A stretch of 64,000 nt of DNA from NCBI GenBank assembly GCA_964016885.1, contig OZ024743.1, positions 50,654,001 through 50,718,000 on the forward strand. The letters are read 5' to 3'. Within the stretch, counting starts at the first letter, position 1. The number at the start of each line of letters is the position of its first letter. The notes beneath the pieces are model-generated. The model ran no database searches and was not told the DNA's origin. It saw only the letters and a list, made by a program, of their open reading frames with translations. The stretch comes from Eledone cirrhosa (Eukaryota). Position numbers and translations under genes: made by a program. Shown here one piece after another: positions 59,916 through 64,000 of this stretch.

Positions 59916-60496
59916 TATCATGATGTCCTTTCACATCGTTTTTTTTTCTTCTTTAATTTGGGGAAAAGAAATGTTAATGTAACTATGACATAAAACAAGA
60001 TTACGTAAATATGATTTACGCACGTATTCAGCAAACAAACAGGTATCAGTATTTGTGGTTTGCCAACACGTTTTTCGGGTGTCAGAGCAGCAAACATACT
60101 AGACAGGGTTCCATATAATTAGATAATAAAATAACTAATGAACACCATACATACCAGTTGACGTCAGATGAACGAGGTTAAACAGTATCTTTGCTTAGTG
60201 AATAAAAAGGTGAGTGTTGGCTGTTTGGTAAATAATCAAACCTGTTGGGTTAGATTATCTATCCCTCTGGGTGGGCGTGGGTGGAACCTATGGTATGTCA
60301 AGTGTCAGAAATTGACCTTACACATACGTGTGAATGAAAGTCTGGTCATCAAATAGTTAAAAGGTTTGAGAAGCCTTGACAGAGTATGCTGTATATTCTA
60401 ATGGGTAGGGATTATATGAGAGGTTTTCTGAAGAAGTTAATCGGGGGCAATGATATATATATATATTATTTATGTTGAGAGAAATAGATATAGATA

Positions 60497-60528
<32 letters not shown>

Positions 60529-60722
60529 TTTGTTTGACCCGAATTACTTGATCGTTTTTCTGGCTATGCGAATGATTGTTTAACCATCGTCTCAGTGTGT
60601 TTGGCCTTTAACGTTTGTTATAACTCTGGTTCATCTGACTCATTGAGCACTTGCCACACATCTCGGAGGTTGTTTTTCGTTATTTCGTGGGCCGAAATGC
60701 GATTCTCGATAATTTATATTTG

Positions 60723-60764
<42 letters not shown>

Positions 60765-60811
60765 TTCTCCCGAATGAAACAGTTCTAGTCCTATGGAAGC
60801 CTTTTCTATAT

Positions 60812-60868
<57 letters not shown>

Positions 60869-60944
60869 AGTTAAGAACTCAGGGTAGTCTCTTACAATTA
60901 AATGTGGTTTTTCTCACATCATTCTACTATATATATGACAAATG

Positions 60945-63900
60945 CCCAAAATTCCGAGTTGGTACCATCAATGTAAGCACGATGAAAGGTAGAGCAGGAG
61001 AAATCGTAGAGATGCTAGAGCGAAAGGAAATTGATGTATGCTGTGTGCAAGAGACTAGATGGAGAGGAGAGTCTGCTAGAGTCCTTGTAGGAAAAAGTCG
61101 GTGCTACAAATTTTTCTGGGTGGGAAATGACGATGGGATGGGTGGTGTGGGTATACTACTAGCTGACAGGTGGGTAGATAAAGTAATCTCAGTGTACAGG
61201 GTAAATGCAAGAATCATTAAACTCAGACTAGTCCTGAATAAAACAATTACCACAATAATATCAGGTTACGCACCCCAATCGGGGCTGCCAGACGAACTTA
61301 AGGATAGATTTTACGAGTCCCTAATGCACACTACTGCTCTAACAAACGACAATGACTTCCTAATCGTCGCAGGAGATTTTAACGGACACGTGGGTAAACA
61401 CTGTGACGGTTTCAATAGAGTCCATGGAGGCCATGGGGTTGGCACAAGAAATGAAGAAGGATTCAGACTTCTAGAATTCTGCGACGCCAATGACATGTCA
61501 ATATGTAACACAAACTTCAAAAAACCCGACAACCACCTGATCACCTATAGATCAGGGGAGCATTCTAGTCAGATAGATTTTATCCTCATCAGAGGACGTG
61601 ACAGAAGGACCGTCGTAAATACAAAAGCCTTCCCTAGTGAGGAATGTACCTCCCAACATAGCTTAGTTGTCAGCGACCTCACAGTCAGAACTAGACGGAC
61701 CTGGAAACAGAGGCCAACCTGGAGAAGAAAGATCTGGAAGCTGAAAGACCCCTCAGCCAGTAACAGATTTAAAGATATTTTACTCAACGCCTACGACAGT
61801 AAAGAAGAACAGATAGAGACATTCAATGTAGAAGAGCACTGGGAGTTCCTAAAAAATAACTTACTAGAGGCGACAGATGAGGTCTGTGGCTGGAGTAAGA
61901 CCACAAGAAGGAGGAGAGTGACTTGGTGGTGGAACAATAAGGTAGATGAGGCAGTTAAGGCGAAGAGACAGGCATGGAAAGAATGGAAGAACGGGGGGAG
62001 CAGGGTACATTACATAGAGACCAAGATGGAAGCTAGGCGACCAGTATACTTAGCTAGGAGGGAAGCAGAGGATAGAAAATTCAAGCATGTTTTGCAACGT
62101 GCGAACCAGAAACAGGAGGTGTTCAAGATTGCGAGGCAGTGTGTTAGAGAAAATTGTGATGTCATTGGAGAGAAGTGTATCCGGAATGATAAAGGTGAGC
62201 TTGCCCTCACAAGTGCTGAGAAGAATGATGCATGGAAGAGTCATTATGATAGATTACTAAATGAGGAGAATGCATGGGAAGAAGAGACCCTACCCCAAGT
62301 AGACCCTATAGAGGGGCCAGCAGTACAAGTCAGCAGCAGCGTAGTAAGTAAGGCAAACAAAGATATGAAGATGGGGAAGGCAACCGGTCCATCGGGTATA
62401 GCTGCCGAGATGCTGAAGGCATCTGGGTCTGTAGGTCACACTATAACCACACATATTGTTAACCAGGTAATACTAGAAGGTGTCATACCAAAAGATTGGT
62501 GCAGTAGCATCATTGTCAACTGCTACAAAGGTAAAGGTGATGCACTCGATAGAGGAAACTATAGAGGTATAAAGCTGATGGACCAGGTCATGAAAGTAAC
62601 AGAAAGAGTTATAGCACAGTTGATTAGGGACCGGGTGAAACTAGATGAGATGCAATTTGGGTTTGTACCAGGAAGAGGCACCACTGATGCCCTCTTCCTT
62701 GTGAGGCAGTTACAGGAAAAGTACCTAGCTAAAAGTAAGCCACTCTACCTGGCATTCGTCGATCTCGAGAAAGCCTTTGACAGAGTTCCACGTGCTGTAA
62801 TCTGGTGGGCTCTTAGAAAAATAGGAGTAGATGAATGGCTTGTGAAAGCTGTACAAGCCATGTATAGGGGAGCAGTCAGCAAAGTTAGGATTAGCAATGA
62901 GTATAGCGAGGAATTTAGCTAACAGGTTGGGGTCCACCAGGGCTCTGTTCTTAGCCCTCTCCTGTTCATCATAGTCCTGCAGGCAATAACGGAGAAGTTT
63001 AAGACCGGATGCCCAATGGAACTCCTTATGCTGATGACCTCGCACTTATAACTGAGTCTATGGTAGAACTAGAGAAGAAATTCCTAACTTGGAAGCAGGG
63101 ACTAGAAAGAAAGGGTCTCAAAGTCAACATGACAAAGACTAAGGTCATTGTAAGTAGTCGAGAAAACAGAACCCAGATCCCCTCAGGGAAATGGCCTTGC
63201 TCAGTATGTAGGAAAGGTGTAGGTAGGAACTCCATTCTCTTCCCCAAATGCAAACAATGGGTACACAAGAGATGTAGCGGGATCTCAGGAAGCTTAATTA
63301 AGAATGTAAGCTTCACATGCAGCAGCTGTACTGGGACAGCAAGCAGCAAACAGTCACAGGAAACAAGTACCACCAATCTCTGGGAGGGCTCTGTAGAGAC
63401 AGTAGACAGCTTCTGATACCTAGGTGACCGAATTAGCAGCGGAGGTGGGTGTTCAGAAAGTACAATAACTAGGGTAAGAACGGGATGGAAGAAGTTCAGG
63501 GAACTACTACCACTGCTAGCTGCAAAATGAAAGGCAGACTGTATGATGCGTGTATCCGAACAGCAATGTTGCATGGTAGTGAGACCTGGGCGCTGAAGGT
63601 GGAAGACTTATGTAGATTAGAGAGAAACGAAGCCTGCATGCTCCGATGGAGGTGTAATAGTAATATACGCCAACGACAAAGCATAAATGAATTGAGAGAG
63701 AGACTGAGCATAAGAGGAATCAAATGCTGTGTGCAGGAGAGGCGGTTGCGTTGGTATGGTCATGTGATGCGTGTGAAGGATGACAGCTGCATAAAAAGGT
63801 GCAGAGCACTAGAAGTCGATGGAAACCGCGGAGTGGGGAGACTCGAGATGACCTGGGATGAGGTGATAAAAGCTGACCTTACCCAATTACACCTCTCAAA

Positions 63901-63980
63901 GGCGATGACACACGACCTTGACCTCTGACGTCACGCAGTAATACAGAGTACCCGACCTCCCATGGGTACAAGCTGAAGCA
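60945..63980 (+). mobile_element. Near full-length RTE-clade LINE (APE + RT), recently inactivated
   Basis: APE motifs GTINV, QETRW, GDFNGH, IDFIL; RT motifs QFGF, FVDLEKAFD, GVHQGS, YADD; stop at 62920-62922, frameshift ~63015, stop at 63414-63416. Confidence 0.95.
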
Positions 63981-64000
63981 TATAGACAATATGCCCCACA

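Noticed and set aside
60793-60945. N-terminal extension of the RTE ORF
   Set aside because: Read-through of (TA)n and flanking repeat sequence; APE similarity begins near 60950

Overview
Repeat-saturated, AT-rich animal genomic DNA, probably intronic or intergenic. The SINE, RTE, R4/Dong and microsatellite content suggests an Octopus-like cephalopod (inference). I found no supportable host protein-coding exon; nearly all long ORFs in the track are microsatellite artefacts. Identifiable mobile elements are decayed RTE LINEs, an R4/Dong RLE retroelement, many tRNA-derived SINEs, mariner and Chapaev3-like DNA transposon remnants, a young non-autonomous LTR element (453-bp LTRs, 4-bp TSD) and several Penelope-like elements (PLEs). 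The main result, read by eye, is more than 30 intact or degenerate type I hammerhead-ribozyme (HHR) motifs from about ten sequence families. They sit in short non-coding elements inserted into (TA)n tracts in three architectures: fold-back palindromes, ~480-590 bp monomers with terminal direct repeats, and a head-to-tail tandem array. Stem covariation, a compensatory U3-A8 core variant, and one monomer that starts exactly at the predicted cleavage site point to a PLE-mobilised, TA-targeting retrozyme-like system. All coordinates were counted by hand and may be off by a few bases.
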